Positions 1 through 9,227 of a stretch of DNA of 64,000 nt are shown piece by piece. Location of the stretch: NCBI GenBank assembly GCA_964291405.2, contig OZ219926.1:128001-192000 (forward strand), in the 5' to 3' direction. The notes under the pieces are model-generated. The model made no database searches. It worked only from the letters and a program-made list of their open reading frames with translations, and had not been told where the DNA came from. How positions within the stretch are numbered: the stretch's first letter is position 1; each line of letters starts with the position of its first letter. Origin of the DNA: Thermodesulfobacteriota bacterium (lineage in GTDB: Bacteria; Desulfobacterota; Binatia; Bin18). The translations under genes and the position numbers were made by a program.

Positions 1-559
<559 letters not shown>

Positions 560-640
560 CCCGCTCCTTGAGGGGGGAGGGGGAGTTGACGACTGAGGGG
601 CAGCCCGTTACTAAATTGCCCAAGAAAACGGCGAAACTCT

Positions 641-1000
641 GTGGCAGAAGACGCGCACAAACCAGCGCCCAGTCGGGATGTCGAAAATACCATCGAGGAC
701 CTGACAAAAGAGCTGTCTCGCTTAATTAACGAAGCTGGGACGGACGGACGTGAAGAATTGCGTGACTATGCAGTAAGCCTGCTGCAGGGTGAAACGGAAA
801 CAACACAAACGGAAGAGCCTGTGGGAGAAGATTCGGCTCAGCCGTCTTCTCCTTTTAGCCCAGTTGCTTTGAGCATTCCATTTCTTCTTATTGGTATCAT
901 TCTCCTGCCGCTCTTTGCCCCGGTAGGGTTGATGATGCTGTTGTTGGCGGTGATCATGGGGGTAGGGGGCTGGCTCGCTCTCATGTTCAGAAGAAAGTAA
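641..1000 (+). CDS. Hypothetical membrane protein (acidic N-terminus, two C-terminal TM helices)
   Basis: 119-aa ORF, hydrophobic hairpin followed by RRK; directly upstream of the Rieske gene. Confidence 0.7.
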   Translation: MAEDAHKPAPSRDVENTIEDLTKELSRLINEAGTDGREELRDYAVSLLQGETETTQTEEPVGEDSAQPSSPFSPVALSIPFLLIGIILLPLFAPVGLMMLLLAVIMGVGGWLALMFRRK

Positions 1001-1039
1001 CGCAAACGGTATAATCATTATCACCAAGGAGTAAGCTCC

Positions 1040-1642
1040 ATGGCAAAAAAACCAACTGCTCCTGAAGAAGTCCAGGCATACGAAGAGCGTCGTCGTGTTG
1101 AGCAACGGGCTGAGCGTGAGAAACGACTCCGTGAACGCGCGCAAAGAGGCGGCCTGTGGTCGCGGCGTGATTTTTTTGGCCGGCTCAGCTGGGGCGGTTT
1201 CGGACTGGTTTCGCTCGTGAGTCTGCTCGCCTTTGTCCGCTCTGCCTTTCCCCGGGTGCTCTTCGTTCCGCCGTCAACCTTCAAGGCTGGTTTCCCAGGG
1301 GACTACCCGGTTGGCGAGGTGAGCGAGAAATACCGCTCAGACCAACGCACCTGGATCGTCCGAGAACCACAGGGATTCTACGCGATCTTTGCCAATTGTA
1401 CCCACCTAGGATGTACTCCGCGCTGGTCGTCGTCGGAGAATAAATATAAATGTCCCTGTCACGGCAGCGGGTATTACCGGACTGGATACAATTTTGAAGG
1501 TCCAGCGCCCAGACCAATGGATCGCTTTCAGTTGTCGTTGGCTGACGATGGGCAGCTGCTAGTTGACAAGAGCAAAATTTTTAAAATGCAGCCCGGCGTT
1601 GACCCCAATAAGCAACATCCGGACAGTATCTTGCGTATCTAG
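1040..1642 (+). CDS. Rieske 2Fe-2S subunit of a Rieske/cytochrome b complex
   Basis: Tat-like SRRDFF + TM helix; CTHLGC and CPCHGSGY boxes; GPAPRPM; AAGGAG RBS. Confidence 0.95.
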   Translation: MAKKPTAPEEVQAYEERRRVEQRAEREKRLRERAQRGGLWSRRDFFGRLSWGGFGLVSLVSLLAFVRSAFPRVLFVPPSTFKAGFPGDYPVGEVSEKYRSDQRTWIVREPQGFYAIFANCTHLGCTPRWSSSENKYKCPCHGSGYYRTGYNFEGPAPRPMDRFQLSLADDGQLLVDKSKIFKMQPGVDPNKQHPDSILRI

Positions 1643-1681
1643 CCGTCAGGGGAAGAGCGAGTGTAAAGGCAAGGAAACAGT

Positions 1682-2455
1682 ATGAGCAGCCAATTTGATG
1701 AACTCAAGCGCCAGGTGATGGAGTCGCAGGCTTGGCAGTCCATTTTCCGCCACGGCTACGAAGATACCCCGCGCAACCGTATCCTGATGGTCTCGGGCAA
1801 TGTCTGGCTCCATCTCCACCCTTCGAAAGTCCGCAAGCACGCCACGCGCTTACGTTTCACCTGGTGTATGGGCGGCATTACCTTTCTGATGTATTTGGTC
1901 ACGGTGGTCACCGGCGTATATCTTATGTTTTACTACCGTCCGGTAGCGGAATATGCCTACGCCGACATTAAATATCTCGAATTTGATATGCCCTTTGGCA
2001 TGTTGATGCGCAACATGCACCGCTGGGCCGCCCATGGCATGGTGATTGCCGTCTGGCTGCATATGTTTCGCGTCTTTATGACAGGCTCGTATAAACCACC
2101 ACGCGAATTTAATTGGGTCGTTGGTGTCCTGCTCTTAGTCTTGACCTTGCTTCTTTCGTTTACCGGATACCTCCTGCCGTGGGATCAGCTTGCTATCTGG
2201 GCCGTTTCGGTCGGGTCGAACATGGGCCGGGCAACCCCGTTGTTGGGATATGAAGGGCCTTTCAACGAGGTGCTCGGGGTGAATCCGATTTACGACGCCC
2301 GTGCTTTTCTCTTTGGCGGCGGGGAGATTGGGGCACATACTTTACTCCGTTTCTATATTTTGCACTGTATCTTTATTCCATTGGTAACGAGCTTATTTCT
2401 GGCGGTTCATTTTTGGCGTATCCGGCGCGATGGGTTTTCAGGACCAGCCCTATAG
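1682..2455 (+). CDS. Cytochrome b6-like (N-terminal half of split cytochrome b)
   Basis: WCMGGIT, RNMHRWAAH..HMFRVF, SFTGYLLPWDQ, RFYILH..HF heme-b ligand pattern. Confidence 0.95.
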   Translation: MSSQFDELKRQVMESQAWQSIFRHGYEDTPRNRILMVSGNVWLHLHPSKVRKHATRLRFTWCMGGITFLMYLVTVVTGVYLMFYYRPVAEYAYADIKYLEFDMPFGMLMRNMHRWAAHGMVIAVWLHMFRVFMTGSYKPPREFNWVVGVLLLVLTLLLSFTGYLLPWDQLAIWAVSVGSNMGRATPLLGYEGPFNEVLGVNPIYDARAFLFGGGEIGAHTLLRFYILHCIFIPLVTSLFLAVHFWRIRRDGFSGPAL

Positions 2456-2467
2456 CAGAGGTTCATT

Positions 2468-2563
2468 ATGCGCGTGCTTGTCATTCCTATTTTAATGGGG
2501 GTCGTGTGCTGGCTGCTGTACATAGTGGCGAAACCCAAAGCATCTTCTTCGGAAGACCAGTAA
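2468..2563 (+). CDS. 31-aa single-TM peptide MRVLVIPILMGVVCWLLYIVAKPKASSSEDQ
   Basis: Translated by hand; GAGG RBS upstream; fills the gap between cytochrome b and subunit IV. Confidence 0.7.
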   Translation: MRVLVIPILMGVVCWLLYIVAKPKASSSEDQ

Positions 2564-2579
2564 GATAAAGGAAGCTGTT

Positions 2580-3377
2580 ATGGCGGAAATGGCCTCAGCT
2601 GCCCCGCGAGTCGAAGTCACGCTCAAGAAGGCGACCGGCCCTGGAGACGATAAAGTCCATACCTGGCCGAGTCTGGTCCGAGCGGAATTCCTCTGCACCC
2701 TGTTTACGATTATCTTCCTGCTCTTATGGTCGCTGCTGGTCGATGCGCCGCTTGAAGAGCCGGCCGACCCTGGGCGTACGCCAAACCCGTCCAAAGCGCC
2801 CTGGTATTTCCTCGGACTGCAAGAAATATTGGTCTTTTTCGACCCCTGGCATGCCGGAGTAGTGGCGCCCACCTTTATTATTATGGGACTGATGGTCATT
2901 CCCTACATCGATATTAATCCCAAGGGAAACGGCTATTACACCTTTAAAGAACGGAAGTACGAAATCCTGACCTTTATCTTTGGCTTCCATGTACTGTGGA
3001 TTTCAACCATTATTATCGGAACCTTTGTCAGAGGACCGGGCTGGAACTGGTTTTGGCCCTGGGAGGTGTGGGACGCCCATCTGGTTGAAGCCTTGACCAA
3101 CCAGGATCTGCCCTACCTGGTTGGCATTCGGGACTACTGGACCGCCGCCGCCTTCGGCCTGTCGCTCATCATTGGTTTCTTTGTGCTGGGTACCGCTGCC
3201 ATGTATTGGTGGGTGGTGTGGCTCAAGGGGCACGAATTCATGCAGCGTTGGGGTGCGGCTCGATTTTTCTTAACGTCATTTCTCACGCTGAATATGATTG
3301 CCGTAGTGATTAAGATGTTGCTGCGTCATATACTGAATGTAAAATATATTTTAGTCACGCCATGGATTAATGTCTGA
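2580..3377 (+). CDS. Cytochrome b C-terminal / subunit IV-like protein with extra C-terminal TM helices
   Basis: WPSL..EF, APLEEPADPGRTPNPSKAPWYFLGLQE (PEWY-equivalent), IPYID. Confidence 0.9.
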   Translation: MAEMASAAPRVEVTLKKATGPGDDKVHTWPSLVRAEFLCTLFTIIFLLLWSLLVDAPLEEPADPGRTPNPSKAPWYFLGLQEILVFFDPWHAGVVAPTFIIMGLMVIPYIDINPKGNGYYTFKERKYEILTFIFGFHVLWISTIIIGTFVRGPGWNWFWPWEVWDAHLVEALTNQDLPYLVGIRDYWTAAAFGLSLIIGFFVLGTAAMYWWVVWLKGHEFMQRWGAARFFLTSFLTLNMIAVVIKMLLRHILNVKYILVTPWINV

Positions 3378-3431
3378 AAAGAGGAAACGTATCCAACATC
3401 TAGTATCTATAGGAGGACACGTTTACTCTTT
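3378..3431. repeat. Palindromic repeat family A, copy 1
   Basis: AAAGAGGAAACGTATCC-N20-GGACACGTTTACTCTTT, starting immediately after the stop at 3377. Confidence 0.85.
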
Positions 3432-3608
3432 ATGATGTTCTATCTGGCAAAAATTCTTCAGGCACTTGGGATTGCAGACGTTGGATACGCTTTATTCGTT
3501 GGTCTGACTGAAGAAAAGAGTATGAGTAAGGAGTTATGGCTCCTTGGGATTGGGGTAGTGGTATTTTATCTCGGTCGCTTCCTTGAGACGCGAGCAACCG
3601 GCTCATAG
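3432..3608 (+). CDS. 58-aa two-TM membrane protein (MMFYLAKILQALGIADVGYALFVG...FYLGRFLETRATGS)
   Basis: Translated by hand; helical-hairpin hydrophobicity; stop 9 nt before the cytochrome c start. Confidence 0.75.
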   Translation: MMFYLAKILQALGIADVGYALFVGLTEEKSMSKELWLLGIGVVVFYLGRFLETRATGS

Positions 3609-3617
3609 TGGATTATT

Positions 3618-6317
3618 ATGGCACGTAGAGAAGTTGACGACGAAAAGAAATCGTATAGTGGAGTATTTCTCTTCGCAGTAGGGCTGCTGCTAATCGGGTC
3701 GGTCTGGTCGGTCTGGGACGATGCGGTTTCGCGCCGTCCCTGGAAGAAATATCAGGCCGAATTCTCGATGCTTGCCTACAACCAAACCCTGACGGAAATC
3801 CAGGCCGAAGAAGAGCGCCTGGCCGCAGACTCGGCCTACCAAGAGGTTATGACGGCATTAGGGTCGGCCCAGGCCGATATCGCGGGCGGGGAAGGGGGGC
3901 AGCGTCTCGCCACGCTGCAAACCGAACTGGCGGCCGCCGAAATTCGGACGAGTGACGCGGAGAATGCCTTACGTATCGTCCGCAGCGAGATCGAGGCTGC
4001 CTGGTATGAATACGACCACGCAATTCAGTTAGAACACTCGACGAAAGACGAGAAAGCCCGTCTTGATGCGCTTCTGGCCGAGGCGAACGAGCGTGAGAAA
4101 GTCTTTCTGGCCGAGCAATCGGAGCGGGACCGGATTGAAAACGAAATCAATGAGATCAACGCGCGTGTTATTGAAGCCCAAGACACACTGCGCAAAATGA
4201 ACCAGCAAAAGGATTTCCTGACTCAACGGCTCGACAATTACGTCATGCAGCCGCTCCCAGGGCTTGTCCTGCCCATGATTCCCGCCATTACGCAGGTGGT
4301 CGTGCCGGCATTCGACCAGGGCAATTTTGATACCCCCTTGGCGCGCGTTGACCGCTGTCAGTCCTGCCATGTCGGTATTGACAAGCGGGGATTTGAAGAC
4401 CAGCCGAATCCGCACAAAACCCATCCGCAGTATGACCTCTTGATGACGAATCATCCTCCGGAATCGTTTGGCTGCACCTCATGTCATAATGGCCAGGGAG
4501 TGGCAACCAGTAGCGTGGATATTGCCCACGGCTATGTACAATTCTGGGAGCATCCGCTGCTGCTCGGTCCAAAAATGGAAGCCAACTGTCTAAGTTGTCA
4601 CACCGATATGCAGACGGTGGCAACGCGGAATGTCACAGTTGGCCAGCATATCGCTCGTGGTGAAAAGCTTTTTATGCAGCTTGGCTGTACCGGCTGTCAT
4701 TTGGTCGAAGGGTATGGCGAGGTCAAGAAAATAGGCCCTTATCTGCGGCGGGTCGCTGCCAAGTCCGACCCGGCCTGGATGGTGGAATGGGTCACCAATC
4801 CGCATGAGTTTCGACCACATACCCGTATGCCGCACTTCTTCTTTACCGAGGATCAAGGCCGGGCGGTGACGGCCTACCTGATGAAGGCTAGCATGGAGGA
4901 GGGGCAGGCCTGGTTGGAATCTCATCCTGAGCCGGAAGGGATTGATTCCACGAATGCCGAACTCGTCCAAAAAGGCGAACATCTCGTCAACTCCCTTGGC
5001 TGTCGAGCCTGCCACGGCTTCGGCCCCGAACAGACCGCGACCATGGTCGGACAGGACAAAAATCATGCCCCGAATTTAGGCCGGATTGCAGAGAAGACGA
5101 ACGCGCGCTGGCTCTATCACTGGATCAAAAATCCGCGTGACTACTCACCAGATACGGCCATGCCGGACCTGCGTCTGAGTGATGAGGAAGCGCGGGCCAT
5201 TGTGTCCTATCTCTTGACCCTCAAGACAGAGATTGAGCGGCCGGACATTCGAGCCGAGTTGGAGGACCCGGACTTGGTTCTCGAAGGGGCAGGTCTGGTG
5301 AGAAAATATGGTTGCCATGGCTGCCACGACATCCCGGGTATGGAAAGAGAGGCTCGGACTGGGGTCGAGTTGACCTCATTTGGAGAGAAGAGTCTGGAAG
5401 AACTCTTCTTTGGGAACCGGACCGATGTCCCGCATACCTGGGAAGATTGGACGTATGAAAAGGTTAATGTCCCGCGGGGCTATGCCACGGAACGTATTGA
5501 GCAGCTCATGCCGTCGTTCAACCTCTCGGATGAGGATATTCTGGCTGTCCGCGTCTTTTTGAAGAGCCAGACCGGACACCATGTGCCTGAGCAATTCACC
5601 GCGCACGGTGACTGGACCGACACCATTGTCAAAGGGCAGCGGCTGGTCCAGTACTACAATTGTACCGGTTGTCATGTCATCGAAGGCGGCGGCGGAGATA
5701 TTCGCTCGCTCTATTTGGATAATCCATCCTTTGCCCCGCCCATTCTGACCGGACAGGGGAAAAAGGTGCAGCCCGACTGGTTTTACGGCTTTCTCAAACA
5801 GCCTATTCCCATCCGTCCCTGGCTTGAACTGCGGATGCCGACCTTTCATTTCGCCAATGACGAGGCTAGTGGTATCGTAGATTATTTCAACGCCTTGAGT
5901 AAGCTGGAGATTCCGTACAATTATTTTGACCGCTCACGCACCTCGCCGGAAATGGTTCATGCGGGTGAGGTCTTAATGTCAGAGGATTATTTTGCGTGTT
6001 TTTCGTGCCACCAGCAGGGCGACCAGAAGCCGGAAGGCCCGCCGGCTGGCTGGGCACCGGACTTGGCCTTGGCCAAAGAGCGCCTGAATCCAGAGTGGAT
6101 TGTCGAGTGGATTCAAGATCCCCAGACCCTCATGCCGGGGACGAATATGCCGACCTTTTACCCCGGTGGGCCGGATGATATCTTTGCCGGCGATGAGGAC
6201 AAGCAAATTGTAGCCATGCGGGATTATATTATGCTGCTTGGCATCGACGATCCGTTTGCCAGTATGAATGGGAATGGGTCGAGTGGAACGGAAGCAATAG
6301 AAGAATTTCAGTTTTGA
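3618..6317 (+). CDS. Membrane-anchored multiheme cytochrome c (8 CxxCH) with coiled-coil stalk
   Basis: CQSCH, CTSCH, CLSCH, CTGCH, CRACH, CHGCH, CTGCH, CFSCH; repeated W..P....MP class-I cytochrome c motifs; N-terminal TM, then long E/A/L-rich helix. Confidence 0.92.
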   Translation: MARREVDDEKKSYSGVFLFAVGLLLIGSVWSVWDDAVSRRPWKKYQAEFSMLAYNQTLTEIQAEEERLAADSAYQEVMTALGSAQADIAGGEGGQRLATLQTELAAAEIRTSDAENALRIVRSEIEAAWYEYDHAIQLEHSTKDEKARLDALLAEANEREKVFLAEQSERDRIENEINEINARVIEAQDTLRKMNQQKDFLTQRLDNYVMQPLPGLVLPMIPAITQVVVPAFDQGNFDTPLARVDRCQSCHVGIDKRGFEDQPNPHKTHPQYDLLMTNHPPESFGCTSCHNGQGVATSSVDIAHGYVQFWEHPLLLGPKMEANCLSCHTDMQTVATRNVTVGQHIARGEKLFMQLGCTGCHLVEGYGEVKKIGPYLRRVAAKSDPAWMVEWVTNPHEFRPHTRMPHFFFTEDQGRAVTAYLMKASMEEGQAWLESHPEPEGIDSTNAELVQKGEHLVNSLGCRACHGFGPEQTATMVGQDKNHAPNLGRIAEKTNARWLYHWIKNPRDYSPDTAMPDLRLSDEEARAIVSYLLTLKTEIERPDIRAELEDPDLVLEGAGLVRKYGCHGCHDIPGMEREARTGVELTSFGEKSLEELFFGNRTDVPHTWEDWTYEKVNVPRGYATERIEQLMPSFNLSDEDILAVRVFLKSQTGHHVPEQFTAHGDWTDTIVKGQRLVQYYNCTGCHVIEGGGGDIRSLYLDNPSFAPPILTGQGKKVQPDWFYGFLKQPIPIRPWLELRMPTFHFANDEASGIVDYFNALSKLEIPYNYFDRSRTSPEMVHAGEVLMSEDYFACFSCHQQGDQKPEGPPAGWAPDLALAKERLNPEWIVEWIQDPQTLMPGTNMPTFYPGGPDDIFAGDEDKQIVAMRDYIMLLGIDDPFASMNGNGSSGTEAIEEFQF

Positions 6318-6329
6318 AGAGGAGGAAGC

Positions 6330-7052
6330 ATGCGTATTATGAATAGCAAGACGGTTATTTCCCTGGTTGTAGGAGCAAGTCTCTCGCTCGCTTCTGTGGC
6401 TCTTGGCTACGACGCGGGTGCGGTCAGCAATGGTGGAAGCATTAGCGGTACCATTACGTTTGCCGGCGATGCGCCTGAGGCCGCGCTTATTGAAGTAACC
6501 AAAGATACAAAAGTCTGCGCGCAGACGGAGAAGTATGACGAGAGTCTCGTGGTTGGTGAGAACAAGGGAATCAAGAACGCAGTGATCTCAATCGCCAGTA
6601 TTTCCAGCGGGAAAGATTTTGGCGAGGCCATGGTCTTAGATCAAAAAGAATGTGTCTATACCCCGCATATCGTGCTCACGCCGGCTGGATCGGAACTCGA
6701 GATTCTCAATAACGACGGTATCCTGCACAACATTCATACCTATAGCGAGGCGAACCCGGCCTTTAATCAGGCGCAGCCAAAGTTCAAGAAAAAACTGAAA
6801 AAGAAATTCGACCAGCCTGAGGTCGTTCGAGTAGAGTGCGATGCTCATGGCTGGATGAGGGGCTGGATCGTTGTCATGGAACATCCCTACTACGCGGTCA
6901 CTGACGGGGAGGGGAAGTTTAGCCTGAGCGATGTGCCGGCTGGCGAATACGAGGTGAAGATCTGGCATGAGACCTTGGGCGAAACCATGCAGAACGTCAC
7001 AGTGGAAGCTGGTGGCGACGCGAGTCTCGCGGTAGAGTTATCGCAGTCATGA
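6330..7052 (+). CDS. Secreted cupredoxin-like / carboxypeptidase-regulatory-like domain protein
   Basis: Signal peptide; LHNIH and ECDAHGWM (type-1 Cu-like His, Cys-x2-His-x2-Met); VPAGEYEVKIWHE. Confidence 0.75.
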   Translation: MRIMNSKTVISLVVGASLSLASVALGYDAGAVSNGGSISGTITFAGDAPEAALIEVTKDTKVCAQTEKYDESLVVGENKGIKNAVISIASISSGKDFGEAMVLDQKECVYTPHIVLTPAGSELEILNNDGILHNIHTYSEANPAFNQAQPKFKKKLKKKFDQPEVVRVECDAHGWMRGWIVVMEHPYYAVTDGEGKFSLSDVPAGEYEVKIWHETLGETMQNVTVEAGGDASLAVELSQS

Positions 7053-7103
7053 GTCGCTAGCGCAGTTTCCTCCGTGGTGTAGCGCGGTGCTCTCCAGAGT
7101 TCC

Positions 7104-7155
7104 GTCGGGTGCATCCCATGCACCATCTTTCCCCGGTGCGCAGGGCGCACCCGAC
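7104..7155. repeat. Inverted REP-like doublet
   Basis: GTCGGGTGCATCCCATGCACC (7104-7124) and GGTGCGCAGGGCGCACCCGAC (7135-7155); each has an internal palindrome and they are inverted relative to each other. Confidence 0.7.
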
Positions 7156-7223
7156 GTATCAGGCAACGCGCGGATGGACGCTATACTAATGTGAATTTTG
7201 CTCTAGCGTTTTAGAAGAGTAAC

Positions 7224-7251
7224 AAAGGAGCCTTTAATAGGCTCCTTTTTT
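7224..7251 (+). terminator. Rho-independent terminator of the Rieske/cytochrome operon
   Basis: AAAGGAGCCT-TTAAT-AGGCTCCTTT followed by T run. Confidence 0.85.
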
Positions 7252-7286
7252 GTTGTTGATGATTTTGGATTTACACATACAAAATT

Positions 7287-7306
7287 ATATTGACTATAGT
7301 CAATAT
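7287..7306. promoter_or_regulatory. Perfect 20-bp palindrome ATATTGACTATAGTCAATAT (motif B, copy 1)
   Basis: Read directly; core recurs at 7400-7413 and 56908-56921. Confidence 0.6.
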
Positions 7307-7384
7307 CCGTAATCCCAAATAATAGACCAACCCAATTAATAAATCTTTTTAAGGATAGTCCGGGCTAACTCTTAGATGGATGAT

Positions 7385-7427
7385 TCGGAATAACTGTTTT
7401 TGACTATAGTCAATATTTTTCTTTTTA
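7385..7427. promoter_or_regulatory. Motif B copy 2 with conserved flanks
   Basis: TTGACTATAGTCAA at 7400-7413; 37/43 nt identical to 56893-56935 by hand alignment. Confidence 0.6.
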
Positions 7428-7614
7428 GGAACCTATAGCCTAGTTGTCTTGAAAGGATAGACGTAAAGACTTAGTCCCTTCAAGAGAAAATGGGCGGGTA
7501 GAGAGGATAGTTACACTTGCCGGGTCGAACGGAAGCATAGAAAACCCTCAACCGGTCCCTGTTCTATTCAACCCATTCATAGGAGGGGCTGTGGATGATA
7601 GAGAAAATATCGTA

Positions 7615-7735
7615 GTCCATTCCTCCTCCGTTTGCGTGAGGTCACAGCACCAAGACGGTCTTGGCTTTCATTCGTTGCGGGTCTCTCGTAACCCAGTCGT
7701 ACGGCAGATTAGCATTATTGCGCGTCGCCCAGCGC
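7615..7735 (-). pseudogene. Decayed relic of the VWA gene fragment joined to the DUF151 gene start region
   Basis: 7615-7646 matches 9107-9138 at 30/32 nt; ~7661-7735 aligns to ~9379-9452 (LGDARNNYNLPHDWVIRD region) with indels. Confidence 0.75.
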
Positions 7736-7907
7736 TGGCCGGGATTTCGAATGATGCAATGATACGACGCTTTCGGTATTCCTGACAAGGTGAGTTGGCA
7801 GCGCCTGATACCCGTGAACACCGCTTCTTCACACCAAGATATTCTTAGGCTGGTTTATAATTTTACAAAATATATATTATCAGACATAAAATATATAATA
7901 TAAAAAC

Positions 7908-8564
7908 TCACTTGTCCGTCTTGGCACGAACTATGTCAGCAAGTGGGGAGTCGGGAAATTGCTCTAACAAATCAAAATACGCCTGGGGCACTATGTCCTC
8001 CCCTTGTCGCTCTAAGGCTTCTCCCAGGGCCAGCAACGCTTCACTCTTGCCTGGCCCATCCAGTCTGGAAGCTTCACCATACCATTGGGCCGCGGCAGCG
8101 AACTCCTCAGCTTCTTCCGCACCTTGACCCAAACGGAGGAGCGCAATTTGTTTCAAATACGGCCCAGCATCATGAAACGTGGCGACTCGCTCGTAGGCAG
8201 CCTTCGCCGCCACCAGCTGATTGCTCTTCTCAAACATTTCCCCTAAGTGCAAAGCGGCGACCCCCCTACTCTCGCCGTCAAGCACCTCCGCCGCCTGGGT
8301 GAGTTCGGCAATCGCCACATCATACTCTTCCGATTCGATGGCGAGGAGTCCGGCGCGAAAATGTTCCAGTCCCTGACTATGACGATACTGTGCCCAAGCT
8401 GCCCAGGAAATGCCGGATATGGCGCATACGCCGACGACGATACCCCCAAGGACAATCTGCTGTTTGTAGTACGTGATGGCGTCCAACCGCTGTCGGAGCC
8501 ATTCAATCAGTCGTGCCGATGGGTATGAAGATGGAGACAGTTCTTGCTTACGACTGCGCGCCAT
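7908..8564 (-). CDS. Membrane-anchored tetratricopeptide-repeat protein (YfgM-like architecture)
   Basis: N-terminal TM helix, A..LG...A...Y TPR patterns, LLEQFPDSPLA end. Confidence 0.8.
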   Translation of the reverse strand: MARSRKQELSPSSYPSARLIEWLRQRLDAITYYKQQIVLGGIVVGVCAISGISWAAWAQYRHSQGLEHFRAGLLAIESEEYDVAIAELTQAAEVLDGESRGVAALHLGEMFEKSNQLVAAKAAYERVATFHDAGPYLKQIALLRLGQGAEEAEEFAAAAQWYGEASRLDGPGKSEALLALGEALERQGEDIVPQAYFDLLEQFPDSPLADIVRAKTDK

Positions 8565-8593
8565 GGACCGTACCGAGTTGTCGCTGGAAGAGA

Positions 8594-9112
8594 CTACATC
8601 TTGTACTTAAAGTCGTCGGGAGACATCTTCTCCAGGATCTCTGCCCATTTATCCCGAGAGACACTCGACAAATCGGCTTCTTCCTCACTGTCTTCCATCT
8701 GTTGGAGCACACTCGACGACTCAAGCACCTGGGTCGCAACAAAGATGGGACATTTCGTTCGCAGCGCAAGCGAAATAGCATCGCTCGGCCGGGAGTCAAC
8801 CGAAATGTCTCGTTCTCCAACTTTGAGGCGGATGGCGGCATAATACGTGTTGTCCTGGAGACTCGTCACCTCAATAGCCTCAACCCTGCCTCCGACTTCT
8901 TTGATCATATTGTGGAGCAGGTCATGGGTCATGGGACGCGCCATTTTGATCCCCTCCAGCTCGGTCGCCATTGAGGTCGCTTCCATCAAGCCAATCCAAA
9001 TCGGCAGGTTGAGCTTGTTCTCTGCATCTTTCAGGATGACGATGGGGGTCTTGGTCACCGGGTCGAGCGTCAACCCGCCGACTTTCATTTCAATAAAACC
9101 CTCGCGGTCCAT
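8594..9112 (-). CDS. Bifunctional nuclease family protein (DUF151)
   Basis: LPIWIG..EA, RPMTHDL, DSRPSDAISLALR; GGAGGAGG RBS. Confidence 0.92.
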   Translation of the reverse strand: MDREGFIEMKVGGLTLDPVTKTPIVILKDAENKLNLPIWIGLMEATSMATELEGIKMARPMTHDLLHNMIKEVGGRVEAIEVTSLQDNTYYAAIRLKVGERDISVDSRPSDAISLALRTKCPIFVATQVLESSSVLQQMEDSEEEADLSSVSRDKWAEILEKMSPDDFKYKM

Positions 9113-9174
9113 TCCTCCTCCATTTGCGTGAGATCACAAAAAGGATAGCACCTTCAAGAGAACATGCCTACCGC

Positions 9175-9227
9175 AAAGAGTAAACGTGTCCAGCATATTA
9201 TGTCTAGTGGAGGACACATTTGCTCTT
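9175..9227. repeat. Palindromic repeat family A, copy 2
   Basis: AAAGAGTAAACGTGTCC-N20-GGACACATTTGCTCTT, abutting the VWA gene stop (9228-9230). Confidence 0.85.

Noticed and set aside
7591-7785. 64-aa plus-strand ORF
   Set aside because: Lies antisense over the decayed VWA/DUF151 relic and has no recognisable features
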